A stretch of 64,000 bases of DNA from Clostridiaceae bacterium (GCA_012800435.1 JAAZJH010000023.1:4878-68877), one strand, 5' to 3'. Counted from the first letter of the stretch, positions 55,530 through 64,000 are shown. Program-made: numbers and translations. The notes: generated by a model from the letters alone, not told the origin.

Positions 55530-56521
55530 TTGCCTTCATCCTCCGTGATGATTTCTGCAAAATGACATTTACATATATGGCCTTCGGAAAGGGTTCTCAT
55601 CAGAGGCTCTTCCTCTTTACAAAGATCCTGCGCATAAGGACAGCGGGTATTAAATCGGCATCCCTTGGGCATGTTCTTAGGAGAAGGTACACTACCAGAG
55701 ATGGTGCTAAGTCTGTCGGCAGAATCATTCATCTTGGGCAAGCTGGCAAGAAGTCCCCTTGTGTAAGGGTGTCTAGGATTCGTAAACAGCTGTGTTGTCC
55801 AAGTTTCCTCAATGGGTTGCCCCGCGTACATCACCACTACGCGCTGAGCAAATTCCGCGACTACACCAAGATCATGCGTGATCAGAATGCATGCCATATC
55901 GGAATCCTGATTGATCTGCTTAATCAACTTCAAAATCTGTGCCTGAATCGTCACATCCAGCGCAGTGGTTGGTTCATCCGCAATGAGCAGCTCAGGATTA
56001 CAGGCTATTGCCATCGCAATCATAATACGTTGACGCATACCGCCAGAAAACTGGCCCGGATAATTTCTTAACCGAGCTTCAGGAGCCGGAATTCGAACTT
56101 TATTGAGCAGCTCAATGGTGGCTTCACGTATCTGATTTTTATTCATATTACTATGCAGCCGAAATACCTCACCGATTTGGTCTTCAATGGTCAGTACGGG
56201 ATTTAAACTGGTCAGCGGCTCCTGAAATATCATAGAGATTCGGTCACCTCGAATGCTGCGCAGTCGCCTCTCACTCGCCTTTAGCAAGTCTTCTCCATGA
56301 AAAAGTATCTCTCCCTCCAAATACTTGGCAGGAGGCGTTTTAAGCAAACGCATGATAGACATAGCCGTCACGCTTTTGCCGCAGCCGCTCTCTCCTACGA
56401 TGGCAACAATCTCATTCTTATGCACCGAAAGATTAACGCGATCTAATATCGGCGTCACACCATTTCGATTTTCAAACCCCATCGAAAGATCCTTTATTCT
56501 TAATATCTCTTCGTTTTGCAC
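55520..56521 (-). CDS. peptide ABC transporter ATP-binding protein (OppD/DppD type)
   Basis: 333 aa. GESGCGKSV, FSGGMRQRIMIAMAI, LLIADEPTTALD. Confidence 0.9.
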   Translation of the reverse strand: MQNEEILRIKDLSMGFENRNGVTPILDRVNLSVHKNEIVAIVGESGCGKSVTAMSIMRLLKTPPAKYLEGEILFHGEDLLKASERRLRSIRGDRISMIFQEPLTSLNPVLTIEDQIGEVFRLHSNMNKNQIREATIELLNKVRIPAPEARLRNYPGQFSGGMRQRIMIAMAIACNPELLIADEPTTALDVTIQAQILKLIKQINQDSDMACILITHDLGVVAEFAQRVVVMYAGQPIEETWTTQLFTNPRHPYTRGLLASLPKMNDSADRLSTISGSVPSPKNMPKGCRFNTRCPYAQDLCKEEEPLMRTLSEGHICKCHFAEIITEDEGKWK

Positions 56522-56563
56522 GGCGTCTCCTCAATCTCTGTGGTCGCTTGGGATCTAATTATC

Positions 56564-57421
56564 TCAGCTACGCGCCTTTCCTTTTTGTCGCTTGGGATCC
56601 AATAGCTCTCTGAGACCGTCGCCAATCAGATTCAGAGCTAACACAGTAATTACGATAGCAAGACCGGGAGCAAAAACGTTCCAAGGCGCTACGCTCATTA
56701 GAGTTGTTGCGTCGCTAAGAATATTACCCCAACTTGCAAATGGTGGCTGCACACCGACGCCCACAAAACTTATCCCTGCCTCTGCAAGTATCGCATAGGC
56801 AAATAGGAATGTTTCTTGTACAATGAGCACCGGCATTGCTCCCGGCAGTATATGCAGGGACATAATCTTCCACGGTCTGACACCGATCGCATGTGCAGCT
56901 TCAACATAGACCTCCTCGCGAATGGTCAGAATAGCGCTTCTGAGAATGCGCACCGTTCTCGGCACATAAACAATGGTCAGAGCCATAACCACCCCGCTAA
57001 TACTGTTTCCAAACACAGCTGCTAACACCATAGCTATCAGCAACGTGGGAAACGCCATCATCACGTCCATCACACGCATGATGATGACGTCCAATTTCTC
57101 ATAATAACCACCTAGCAGTGCGATCAGCGTGCCAATAATGGTAGTGTACACCACTACCTCGGCACCGATACGTAGACTGACCTTGCCGCCCTCAAGGACA
57201 CGGGTAAACAAATCCCGTCCAAAAGAATCTGTACCAAACCAGTGTTCCTTAGAGGGAGGCTGTAATACAGCTGCAAAGTCATTGCGATTGGCATCGTATT
57301 GAGTAAGTACTGGCTGTAACATAAGTGCGGATACGATAATTATTAATAAGATAGAACCCACTACAAGCGATGGCGTGTGGAAAATCCTAAACCAGATAGA
57401 GTTTTCATTGACTTGCTTCAC
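56564..57421 (-). CDS. peptide ABC transporter permease (OppC/DppC type)
   Basis: Start re-assigned to GTG 57421 (VKQVNENSIWF...), preceded by GAGGGAAG right after the upstream permease stop. Contains the BPD-transporter EAA-like loop (VEAAHAIGVRPWKIM). Confidence 0.87.
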   Translation of the reverse strand: MKQVNENSIWFRIFHTPSLVVGSILLIIIVSALMLQPVLTQYDANRNDFAAVLQPPSKEHWFGTDSFGRDLFTRVLEGGKVSLRIGAEVVVYTTIIGTLIALLGGYYEKLDVIIMRVMDVMMAFPTLLIAMVLAAVFGNSISGVVMALTIVYVPRTVRILRSAILTIREEVYVEAAHAIGVRPWKIMSLHILPGAMPVLIVQETFLFAYAILAEAGISFVGVGVQPPFASWGNILSDATTLMSVAPWNVFAPGLAIVITVLALNLIGDGLRELLDPKRQKGKARS

Positions 57422-57431
57422 CGTACTTCCC

Positions 57432-58379
57432 TCATTTCTTGCCAAACCGCACGCGCGGATCAATAAAGGCATACAAAATATCCACTGCAAGATTGATAAT
57501 GAGAATCGCGGCGGAGATCAACAGCAAAATACCACAAACGACAGGAAAATCGCGCTTTGCGATGCTATTTATTATTAAAAGACCGGTTCCCGGTAGGCGG
57601 AACAGTGATTCAGTAATGAACGCGCCACCAAGCATTATCGTATATACCATACCAATACCCGTCACAACAGGTAACAAAGCGTTGCGCAAAGCATGCTTCA
57701 TAACGACGACAAATGACCGCTGTCCTTTAGCCACCGCAGTGGTAATAAAGTCCTGATTCATAACCTCTAACATGTTGGAACGAATCAGGCGGGCAAAATA
57801 TGCTGCTTGAGACATTCCATAGGTGAATGCTGGCAAGATAATATATTTAGCCCATTCTCCAAACCCTTCACTAATAGGTCTATAACCACCCGAGGGGAAA
57901 ACTTTCCACTTTATTGACAGAAGAAGCATAAATATGAGACCGCCGAAAAATTCCGGTGTACACATACCGAGTAGCGAAACGCCGGAAATGGTCGTGTCTA
58001 ACGCGGAGTTAGGTTTGAGCGAAGCGATAATACCCAGAGGAACACCGATTGTCACAGCAAAAATGAGCGCTGTAGTTGCTAGGCTCAACGTAACAGGAAG
58101 GCGTTGTTTGATGGCTCCCCATACCGTATCCCCCAAGAAATAGGAGTTGCCTAGATCACCTCTGAGCACGCCTGAAAGCCATTTCCATAGTCGTTCCCAG
58201 ATGGTACCGTTTAAACCCATGCGCTCTCTTACCATCTCATAATCACCTTCAAACTCGGGACCAATCACCGTCAATGCAGGATCGCCGGGCATGGAATTGA
58301 CCACAAGAAAAATGACGCATGCAACGATCAGGAGCGTTGGGATCATAATCAATAATCGTTTAATTATATAGCGAGTCAC
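57432..58379 (-). CDS. peptide ABC transporter permease (OppB/DppB type)
   Basis: 315 aa. The MTRYIIKRLLIMIPTLLIV N-terminus is typical of OppB/DppB. EAA-like loop FITTAVAKGQR. Confidence 0.9.
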   Translation of the reverse strand: MTRYIIKRLLIMIPTLLIVACVIFLVVNSMPGDPALTVIGPEFEGDYEMVRERMGLNGTIWERLWKWLSGVLRGDLGNSYFLGDTVWGAIKQRLPVTLSLATTALIFAVTIGVPLGIIASLKPNSALDTTISGVSLLGMCTPEFFGGLIFMLLLSIKWKVFPSGGYRPISEGFGEWAKYIILPAFTYGMSQAAYFARLIRSNMLEVMNQDFITTAVAKGQRSFVVVMKHALRNALLPVVTGIGMVYTIMLGGAFITESLFRLPGTGLLIINSIAKRDFPVVCGILLLISAAILIINLAVDILYAFIDPRVRFGKK

Positions 58380-58424
58380 GAAGTGTTCCTCTTTCCTGTA
58401 GCACGTATGCGAGTTTTGAGTAAG

Positions 58425-58457
58425 GATTGCTGCAAAGGGAATCCCTTCGCAGCAATC
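58425..58457 (-). promoter_or_regulatory. intercistronic stem-loop between the binding-protein gene and the first permease gene
   Basis: gattgctgcaaagggaatcccttcgcagcaatc forms 9 bp + one mismatch + 5 bp with a 3-nt loop. There is no U-tract, which fits an mRNA-stabilising or attenuating hairpin rather than a full terminator. Confidence 0.5.
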
Positions 58458-58489
58458 ACATTAATTTAACATATGTTTAAGGGCAATCC

Positions 58490-60133
58490 TTACTCGTGAA
58501 CCATCCAGAAACGATCAATGTAGGATGGAACGTAACCTTTGACGTCGGCGCGCATGGCATTAAGAGAAAACTCATCGCCAAATTTCAGGAATGGAAGCGT
58601 CTCCCAAATACGCTCCTGCAGTTTTTCCCAGACGGCTAGGCGTTCTTCATTCGTACCGCCTCTGCCAATCTCATCGAGATACTGGTCGACTTTATCATCC
58701 GCGAATCCATAGGCACCCAGCGTACCGGAACGGATCATATTGCGAACTTGGTTGGGATCAAAGCGAGCTGAATAGGAACTCTGATTGATCGCCCATCCTG
58801 TGAGACTTTGTGCAATGGAGAGTTGCGTAGTCCAGTCATTCAGTTTGGGAACGATGTTGATACCCGCCTCTTGCCACTGTTGAATGAGAGACACACCCGC
58901 TGCATAGTGACTTGCATAATCCTTGTTGTAAAGGTATACGATCTCTTCACCATTGTAGTTGGCGGCAGCTAACAGTTCCTTTACTTTGTCCAGATCTTTG
59001 GCGTTATATATTCCCTCGCTGCCCGCTTCTGTAAAGAAATACTGCTCAGGCTGATACAAAGAAGGATCTAAGCGGTAAAACTCGCTACGGCCGGAAGTAA
59101 CCGCCAACATGACCTCAGTCGGATCGATTGCTAGTGCCAACGCTTTGCGGAAGTTAATGTCCATCGTAAAGCCTTCTGCATGGTTGAACTCAACAACGAT
59201 GCTCTTGCCGGGCTTGATGACATTGAGAGCTAAGTCAGCGTTAGCAACAATACGGTCATAAGCTGTTGTTGGAATGGCATCGGCAAAATCAAATTCTCCT
59301 GTTTCCAAACCGGCAATACGAGCCTCCGCTTCAGTTACAGAATCCATCTGGATGGTTTTGTAATACGCAATGCGCTTGCCGCCAAAGCCTGTGGGGCCTT
59401 CGTAACGCTCATCAAGGACATAGTCGTCAAATCTCTCAAGGATAATGCGCACGTCGCGTGTCCATTCTTTGAGCATATAAGGGCCGGTACCGATAAGAGC
59501 TTTTTCGTCGAGCTCAACACCCATGTGGGATTCTGCAATCTCTTTGGGGATCATAATAACGCGCTGTGGGAACGCAAGCAAAGAAGTAAGGGCGAGCGGT
59601 TCTTCCAACGTAAACTTGATTTCATAATCCCCAACTTTTTCTACGATTACGGTGTCCAGAGCGCCACTGTAAGTGCTGTTGGTTTTATAGCGCTCTATGG
59701 AGGCAATAGCGTCATCCGCATCGAAGGCACTGCCATCATGGAAGGTAATGCCCTGACGTAGCGTTACATTATAGACTAGACCGTCGTCACTAACGGTAAA
59801 AGAATCAGCCAGCTGCGGAATAACGGCAGAAGCTTCGTCGAATGTGAACAGCGTTTCAAACATATGTGCGGATGTTTGACGGCAATAAGCATTGGTAGAA
59901 TATCCTTCATCCAAAGCCGTTGGAGTGGCCGTCATAGCTGCATGGAATGTTTTGTCGCTGAATTCCACATTAATGTCAGGCTCCTCCGTTGTTCCCGGTT
60001 CAGCTGTGGCCTTTGTTCCTTCAGCTGTATCCGCTGGCTGTGTTGTCACAGGATCGGTGCCACCTGACGGCTGACAGGCAACCATACCCAGCAGCATCGC
60101 AACTACTATAAATACTACTAGTAACTTTTTCAT
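58490..60133 (-). CDS. ABC transporter substrate-binding lipoprotein, family 5 (peptide/nickel/opine type)
   Basis: 547 aa. Lipobox LLGMVAC, T/E/P-rich linker, then the family-5 SBP body. Confidence 0.9.
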   Translation of the reverse strand: MKKLLVVFIVVAMLLGMVACQPSGGTDPVTTQPADTAEGTKATAEPGTTEEPDINVEFSDKTFHAAMTATPTALDEGYSTNAYCRQTSAHMFETLFTFDEASAVIPQLADSFTVSDDGLVYNVTLRQGITFHDGSAFDADDAIASIERYKTNSTYSGALDTVIVEKVGDYEIKFTLEEPLALTSLLAFPQRVIMIPKEIAESHMGVELDEKALIGTGPYMLKEWTRDVRIILERFDDYVLDERYEGPTGFGGKRIAYYKTIQMDSVTEAEARIAGLETGEFDFADAIPTTAYDRIVANADLALNVIKPGKSIVVEFNHAEGFTMDINFRKALALAIDPTEVMLAVTSGRSEFYRLDPSLYQPEQYFFTEAGSEGIYNAKDLDKVKELLAAANYNGEEIVYLYNKDYASHYAAGVSLIQQWQEAGINIVPKLNDWTTQLSIAQSLTGWAINQSSYSARFDPNQVRNMIRSGTLGAYGFADDKVDQYLDEIGRGGTNEERLAVWEKLQERIWETLPFLKFGDEFSLNAMRADVKGYVPSYIDRFWMVHE

Positions 60134-60157
60134 GTTTTCCCTCCTAAAATTATTATA

Positions 60158-60929
60158 TTACCGACGTTCTTGCGTCAGCAATTCATATTGATACTCCATC
60201 AGCTTCGCCAGCTCCAGGGTGATATATTTGGCAAGCTGTGCACCCTCTTCTCTTGAAGCCAGATATGCCTGACCGATATTGCCAAGTTCTGAATAGGTGT
60301 TAAATGGAATGTAACGAAAGATTTTGTTTTTTGCGAACATATCTGGGTGATGCCATGAATCTCCCTTTGCGACGGGTCGCACATCGATACGAGAGGAATC
60401 GACCAGCTCCGGATAAAAATGTAGCATCAGGGAGGTTTCAAACTCTCCCGCATGGCCCCATTCCGCCAGGCTCAGACTTACGAATGGACGGTACGATGTC
60501 GCTTATCAGATCCCAGTAGCGAACCAATATGGCTTCTCGGCCAAATTCAGCGCCAAGTCTGTTCACCACGCCCTGTAAAGCACTCTGATTCCCACCATGG
60601 GAGTTTATAATCAAAAGCCTAGGAAGCCCTGTGCGAAATGCGCTTTCGCACAGATCTGTCAGATAGTCTGTCATCACATTGTGACGTAGAGTCAATAGCC
60701 CCGGAAATGCACTGTGGTGAGGCGAAAATCCAACCCGCTGCACCGGTAGCAACAAAATTCGTGCATCCGCCTGTTCTGCCGCCTCACAGGCGAGCCTTTC
60801 TCCTAGCAGACTATCCGTCCCTAAGGGAAGATAGTTGCTGTGTTGCTCTATTGAGCCTACCACCAGCACACCCAAAGAATGCTCTGAATCCAAATCTGAA
60901 GCGACTGTTTTATCCCATCGGATTAACAT
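60158..60929 (-). pseudogene. creatininase-family amidohydrolase interrupted by a 1-nt frameshift
   Basis: Track ORFs 60438-60929 and 60158-60427 are the two halves of one gene. The upstream frame ends ...SEPGGMGPCGRV*. The adjacent frame reads ...GHAGEFETSLMLHFYPELV, the family signature. Removing one G from the minus-strand run GGGG (plus-strand CCCC, 60455-60458) restores ...SEPGGMGHAGEFETS.... Confidence 0.8.
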
Positions 60930-61192
60930 TGGAGTAGGTGGATAGCAAATCCGGCTATCTCTTCCTTGTTAAAAATTCCAAACTGGATTTGGGGAAAGGA
61001 AGAATCAGCGCAATCATTAATAACATTGCCGGGGTGTTGAATAATATCATATTTAACGGGGAAAGCGCCGACTCTGGCTTTAGCATCGCTATGAACAGCA
61101 TCAAAACTATCAAACTGCAGAAAACGGAGACACCTTTCAGCTAATGAACAAGACATGATTTCTTCAAAACAAATAACCCTCTTCATTTTCAA
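60923..61192 (-). CDS. hypothetical 89-aa protein, first ORF of the transporter operon
   Basis: ORF only, with no motif I recognise. Overlaps the creatininase start by 7 nt. Whether it is really coding is uncertain. Confidence 0.35.
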   Translation of the reverse strand: MKMKRVICFEEIMSCSLAERCLRFLQFDSFDAVHSDAKARVGAFPVKYDIIQHPGNVINDCADSSFPQIQFGIFNKEEIAGFAIHLLQC

Positions 61193-61272
61193 TAACCACC
61201 CCTGTCGTTAAACTAAAATATCTCCGTAAGTATTTTAAATTGTGGAATATGTGTATTATTTTTGTGGATTAT

Positions 61273-61301
61273 ATTTTATCGAAACTGATTTTTGTTGTCA
61301 A
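61273..61301 (-). promoter_or_regulatory. sigma-A-type promoter (TTGACA-17 nt-TAAAAT) upstream of the orf89/creatininase/ABC operon
   Basis: The minus strand reads TTGACAacaaaaatcagtttcgaTAAAAT, in an AT-rich 143-nt spacer. Confidence 0.55.
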
Positions 61302-61335
61302 ATAATTATGCAACCTGTATAGAATATGAGTCAAC

Positions 61336-61569
61336 TTATTCTATCGGATAAAAAGAGACTTTTGCGTCGTCAGATAAAGCGGTCTTTCTGATCGAAAGAA
61401 CCTTGTTGCCGTCAACAGTGATGAGAGACGCCTTTGCCGCTTTTTTTGCCTCTTTGCCGTATAGCTTTTGAATCGCGCGTAATAGCTCCGTGAGGCTATT
61501 GGCGGCAATCCAGTCTTCGTTCTTGCCACAAAGTGAGCGAAGTTTCCCAAAATATTTTATCTTGGCCAT
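61336..61569 (-). CDS. MoaD/ThiS-like beta-grasp protein lacking the C-terminal Gly-Gly
   Basis: Start re-assigned to ATG 61569 (MAKIKYFGKLRSL...). The MoaD-like pattern is KxxFGxLR at the N-terminus, VDGNKV in the middle, and a C-terminal L.DDAKVSFYPIE followed directly by a stop. Sits downstream of the AOR gene. Confidence 0.4.
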   Translation of the reverse strand: MAKIKYFGKLRSLCGKNEDWIAANSLTELLRAIQKLYGKEAKKAAKASLITVDGNKVLSIRKTALSDDAKVSFYPIE

Positions 61570-61661
61570 ATAGTGCCCCATCTCTTGTCTTGCATTTTTA
61601 TTATGATTTGGAGCAGGTGTGTGATCTTCCCATTCTGTACAATCACATCCCTTGCCTTTTC

Positions 61662-63581
61662 TTATACCTTTATGTCTATGTCTATACCAAGTTTATTCAT
61701 TTTTTTCTTCGTAGGAACGCCGTTTTTATCCCAGCCGCGTACCTTGTAGTACTTCGGCAGCATCTTGTCAAGCGGAACGATCGTATCGGGACGATCAGGA
61801 TCTTGGGGCGTCTCTGTCAATCTGGCACAGAGATCGTCGTCTTTCGCCGTGAAACCTTCTTTTAGGTTGAAAATCCGTTCGATGTTGAAGCATCGTTCTC
61901 CAATCTGCAAGAATTTGCCCGAGGTCATCGGCATACCCGTGACAAGTTTCAACGATTCGGAATGCGGCAAAAGATAGAGCAAGTTAAAAGGGAGAAGTTT
62001 TGGCATGAACTTCCAAAGCTTTCCAAGTACAAAACGCACACCGACAAGAATCTTGCTGACCAATCGACTTACCGGATGCGCCGGTCCCAACTTAAGCAAA
62101 GGACCCGGAAGGACAGCTATCGCGGTGAAAAGACAATATCCTGCAACGGAAATTGCCTCGATCATATTTTGAAAAAGAACGGTGAGCTCCGCCTTTCCTT
62201 TGGGTGTCTGCGCATCAACAGAAAGCATAACGGTTTCCACGAGAGCAAGATACCCGCCGTTGAGATGGCAGCCGCCTCTGTTCGACGTGGCATAGCCCAA
62301 CCCCATACCGACCGATGTGCGAGGTTCATAAGACGCTAATTCAAGGCCTTTTGCGTGAATGGCGAAGTCCTCGCCGCCATATTTATCTGCCAAAAGCTTC
62401 GTACCCTGACCGAGTTCTTTCCCGGAACCGATACCGTGCGCAATGGCGTTAATTGCCTCTAAAATACCTTCTTTTGATCCGAAGTCCAGTCCGAAATCGG
62501 CTAGATTTTTTTCCTTAAGCTCCATCGCGAAAGCGAGGGTGCCTCCCAACGAAATAGAGTCCATGCCGTATATGTCGGCAAGATAATTCAATTCACTAAT
62601 CAAATCTAAATCATTGTTCAGGATATTGGCGCCGAGAAGGCCGACCGTTTCATACTCCGGCCCTTTGACCTCCTTGCCGTACACCATCACTCTGCGCTCA
62701 CAACGGATAGGACAACTGACGCACCCGCTGTTTCTCGTAAGAAACTTGTCTGCCAGCGCTTCACCGGTAATTTTTTCCGCGTCTTCAAACTGGCCCATCT
62801 TAAAATTCTTTGTCGGCAGGGAATGTGAAGAATTCGTGTTTTTAAGAAAATAAGCGGAACCATATTTCGGCAAAGCCTCTCCAGTAACAGGATGATCCCT
62901 CAGCAGATGAATATATTTTTTATTGTACTTGTCGAATTTTTCTTTGTCGTAGATGTAAGGCTTTTTTGTACCGAAGGCAATGATCGCCTTAATCTTTTTT
63001 GAACCCATCACTGCGCCGGCACCGCAGCGACCGGCAACACGCTCGCCGGAAACGGCGCTGGCATAGCGTACAAGATTCTCACCTGCCGGCCCGATCACCA
63101 GCTTGCCCCAATGCGGATCAAACTGCTTCTGTACTTCCTCCGTGTTCATGCCCCACAGATGTTCTGCATTCTTCAGGCTGACCTCACCGTCAACAATTTC
63201 GATGTAGGTCGGACACTCAGCTTTCCCTTTTAAGATGATCCCGTCATAGCCAGCCGCCTTAAGCATGATTCCGAATGTCCCGCCGCAATTGCTCGTCGCG
63301 ATCCCGCCTGTCAGGACATTCTTAAAAGAAAGGTTGAAACGACTCGTCGAAGCTGCTCCTGTGCCTGTCATAGGACTCGTGTTAACAATGAGCACATTGT
63401 CTGATGACAGCGGGTCTGCGCCCGGAGAAACCAAGTCAAACAAAAGCCTTGAACCTAAAGCCTTACCGCCGATATATTTTGTATACAGTTCTTCCGGGAT
63501 GGGGTATTCGGTTGCCGTTCCTGTCGACAAGTCAATAATGGCATACTTCGGCAATCTCAATTTCTGATGTCTCTCGCTCAT
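61662..63581 (-). CDS. aldehyde:ferredoxin oxidoreductase (tungsten/molybdopterin AOR family)
   Basis: 639 aa. AOR N-terminal domain (IIDLSTGTATEYPIPEELYTKYIGGKALGSRLL), the 4Fe-4S cysteine motif NSGCVSCPIRCER, and pterin-binding regions (GLGYATSNRGGCHL). Confidence 0.92.
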   Translation of the reverse strand: MSERHQKLRLPKYAIIDLSTGTATEYPIPEELYTKYIGGKALGSRLLFDLVSPGADPLSSDNVLIVNTSPMTGTGAASTSRFNLSFKNVLTGGIATSNCGGTFGIMLKAAGYDGIILKGKAECPTYIEIVDGEVSLKNAEHLWGMNTEEVQKQFDPHWGKLVIGPAGENLVRYASAVSGERVAGRCGAGAVMGSKKIKAIIAFGTKKPYIYDKEKFDKYNKKYIHLLRDHPVTGEALPKYGSAYFLKNTNSSHSLPTKNFKMGQFEDAEKITGEALADKFLTRNSGCVSCPIRCERRVMVYGKEVKGPEYETVGLLGANILNNDLDLISELNYLADIYGMDSISLGGTLAFAMELKEKNLADFGLDFGSKEGILEAINAIAHGIGSGKELGQGTKLLADKYGGEDFAIHAKGLELASYEPRTSVGMGLGYATSNRGGCHLNGGYLALVETVMLSVDAQTPKGKAELTVLFQNMIEAISVAGYCLFTAIAVLPGPLLKLGPAHPVSRLVSKILVGVRFVLGKLWKFMPKLLPFNLLYLLPHSESLKLVTGMPMTSGKFLQIGERCFNIERIFNLKEGFTAKDDDLCARLTETPQDPDRPDTIVPLDKMLPKYYKVRGWDKNGVPTKKKMNKLGIDIDIKV

Positions 63582-64000
63582 GCCTCACCGCCCTTCATTG
63601 TTATGGCATGTAGCGGGCACCGCAAGGCACACAAGCCGCATCCGACACACTGATTTTCATTTTCAAGGTATGCGTGAACTTTAATGTCGCCTTTGTACTT
63701 CGGAAGTGAAATACGGAGACAGTTTTTTCCGCAAGCTTGAACACAAATGGAGCAGGCGGTGCAAAGTTCTTCGTCAATTACAGGTTTTTTCCATTCCTGC
63801 TTCGGTTTTTTCTTTGCGATCTTCCCTTCCGAATCCAATATGGCATCCACGTTGCACACATTGGCGCATACGCCACACTCAATGCAGCGTTCTGGATTGA
63901 TGACGTGTCTTTCCTTTAATTTCCCTTCAATGGCAAACACGGGGCAGTTTTTTGCGCAAAGAGTGCATCCTATACATTTATCGTTAATATAGTAGACTCT
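63578..64000 (-). CDS. poly-ferredoxin (at least four 4Fe-4S CxxCxxCxxxC motifs); N-terminus runs off the window end
   Basis: The track ORF starts at GTG 63940, but my translation stays open to base 64000 (RVYYINDKCIGCTLCAKNCPVFAIEG...). The four motifs are CIGCTLCAKNC, CIECGVCANVC, CTACSICVQAC and CVGCGLCALRC. Overlaps the AOR start by 4 nt. Confidence 0.85.
   Translation of the reverse strand, partial: RVYYINDKCIGCTLCAKNCPVFAIEGKLKERHVINPERCIECGVCANVCNVDAILDSEGKIAKKKPKQEWKKPVIDEELCTACSICVQACGKNCLRISLPKYKGDIKVHAYLENENQCVGCGLCALRCPLHAITMKGGEA

Noticed and set aside
60427-60460. Programmed ribosomal frameshifting in the creatininase gene.
   Set aside because: There is no slippery heptamer and no downstream stimulatory structure. 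A single extra base in a G4 run is more simply a mutation or a sequencing error.

Overview
This 64-kb chromosomal window reads like a Bacillota (Clostridia-type) genome. That call rests on gene order only; no search was run. The orders rpsP-KH-rimM-trmD, smc-ftsY-ylxM-ffh and efp-asp23-nusB-xseAB-ispA-dxs-nadK-argR-recN are classic Firmicute synteny. All but three protein genes lie on the minus strand.

Bases 1 to 43.9 kb are essentially housekeeping: translation and RNA processing, SRP, SMC, RecA/RecX/RecN/FtsK, isoprenoid synthesis, and a ParE/ParC-type topoisomerase pair. A near-consensus sigma-A promoter then drives a tRNA-His/Gln/Lys cluster at 43.98-44.23 kb.

After the tRNAs the content becomes accessory and metabolic:
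- an LRR surface protein built of near-identical 63-bp repeats
- an ADP-forming acyl-CoA synthetase
- a ThrC-fold PLP enzyme
- three M20-family hydrolases and RidA
- a five-gene family-5 peptide ABC importer
- a creatininase-family gene broken by a 1-nt frameshift
- a tungsten-type aldehyde:ferredoxin oxidoreductase module that runs off the window end

I found no CRISPR array, transposase or integrase, prophage, toxin-antitoxin pair or recognisable defence gene. I do not see a clear-cut novel system. The best candidates for something undescribed are:
1. the regulator-less peptide / N-acyl-amino-acid island at 48.5-61.3 kb
2. a 633-aa membrane-anchored unknown protein translationally coupled to parC
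3. lineage-specific insertions inside conserved cores of TrmD and RNase III

Start codons described as re-assigned are my own judgement from RBS spacing and homologous N-termini.
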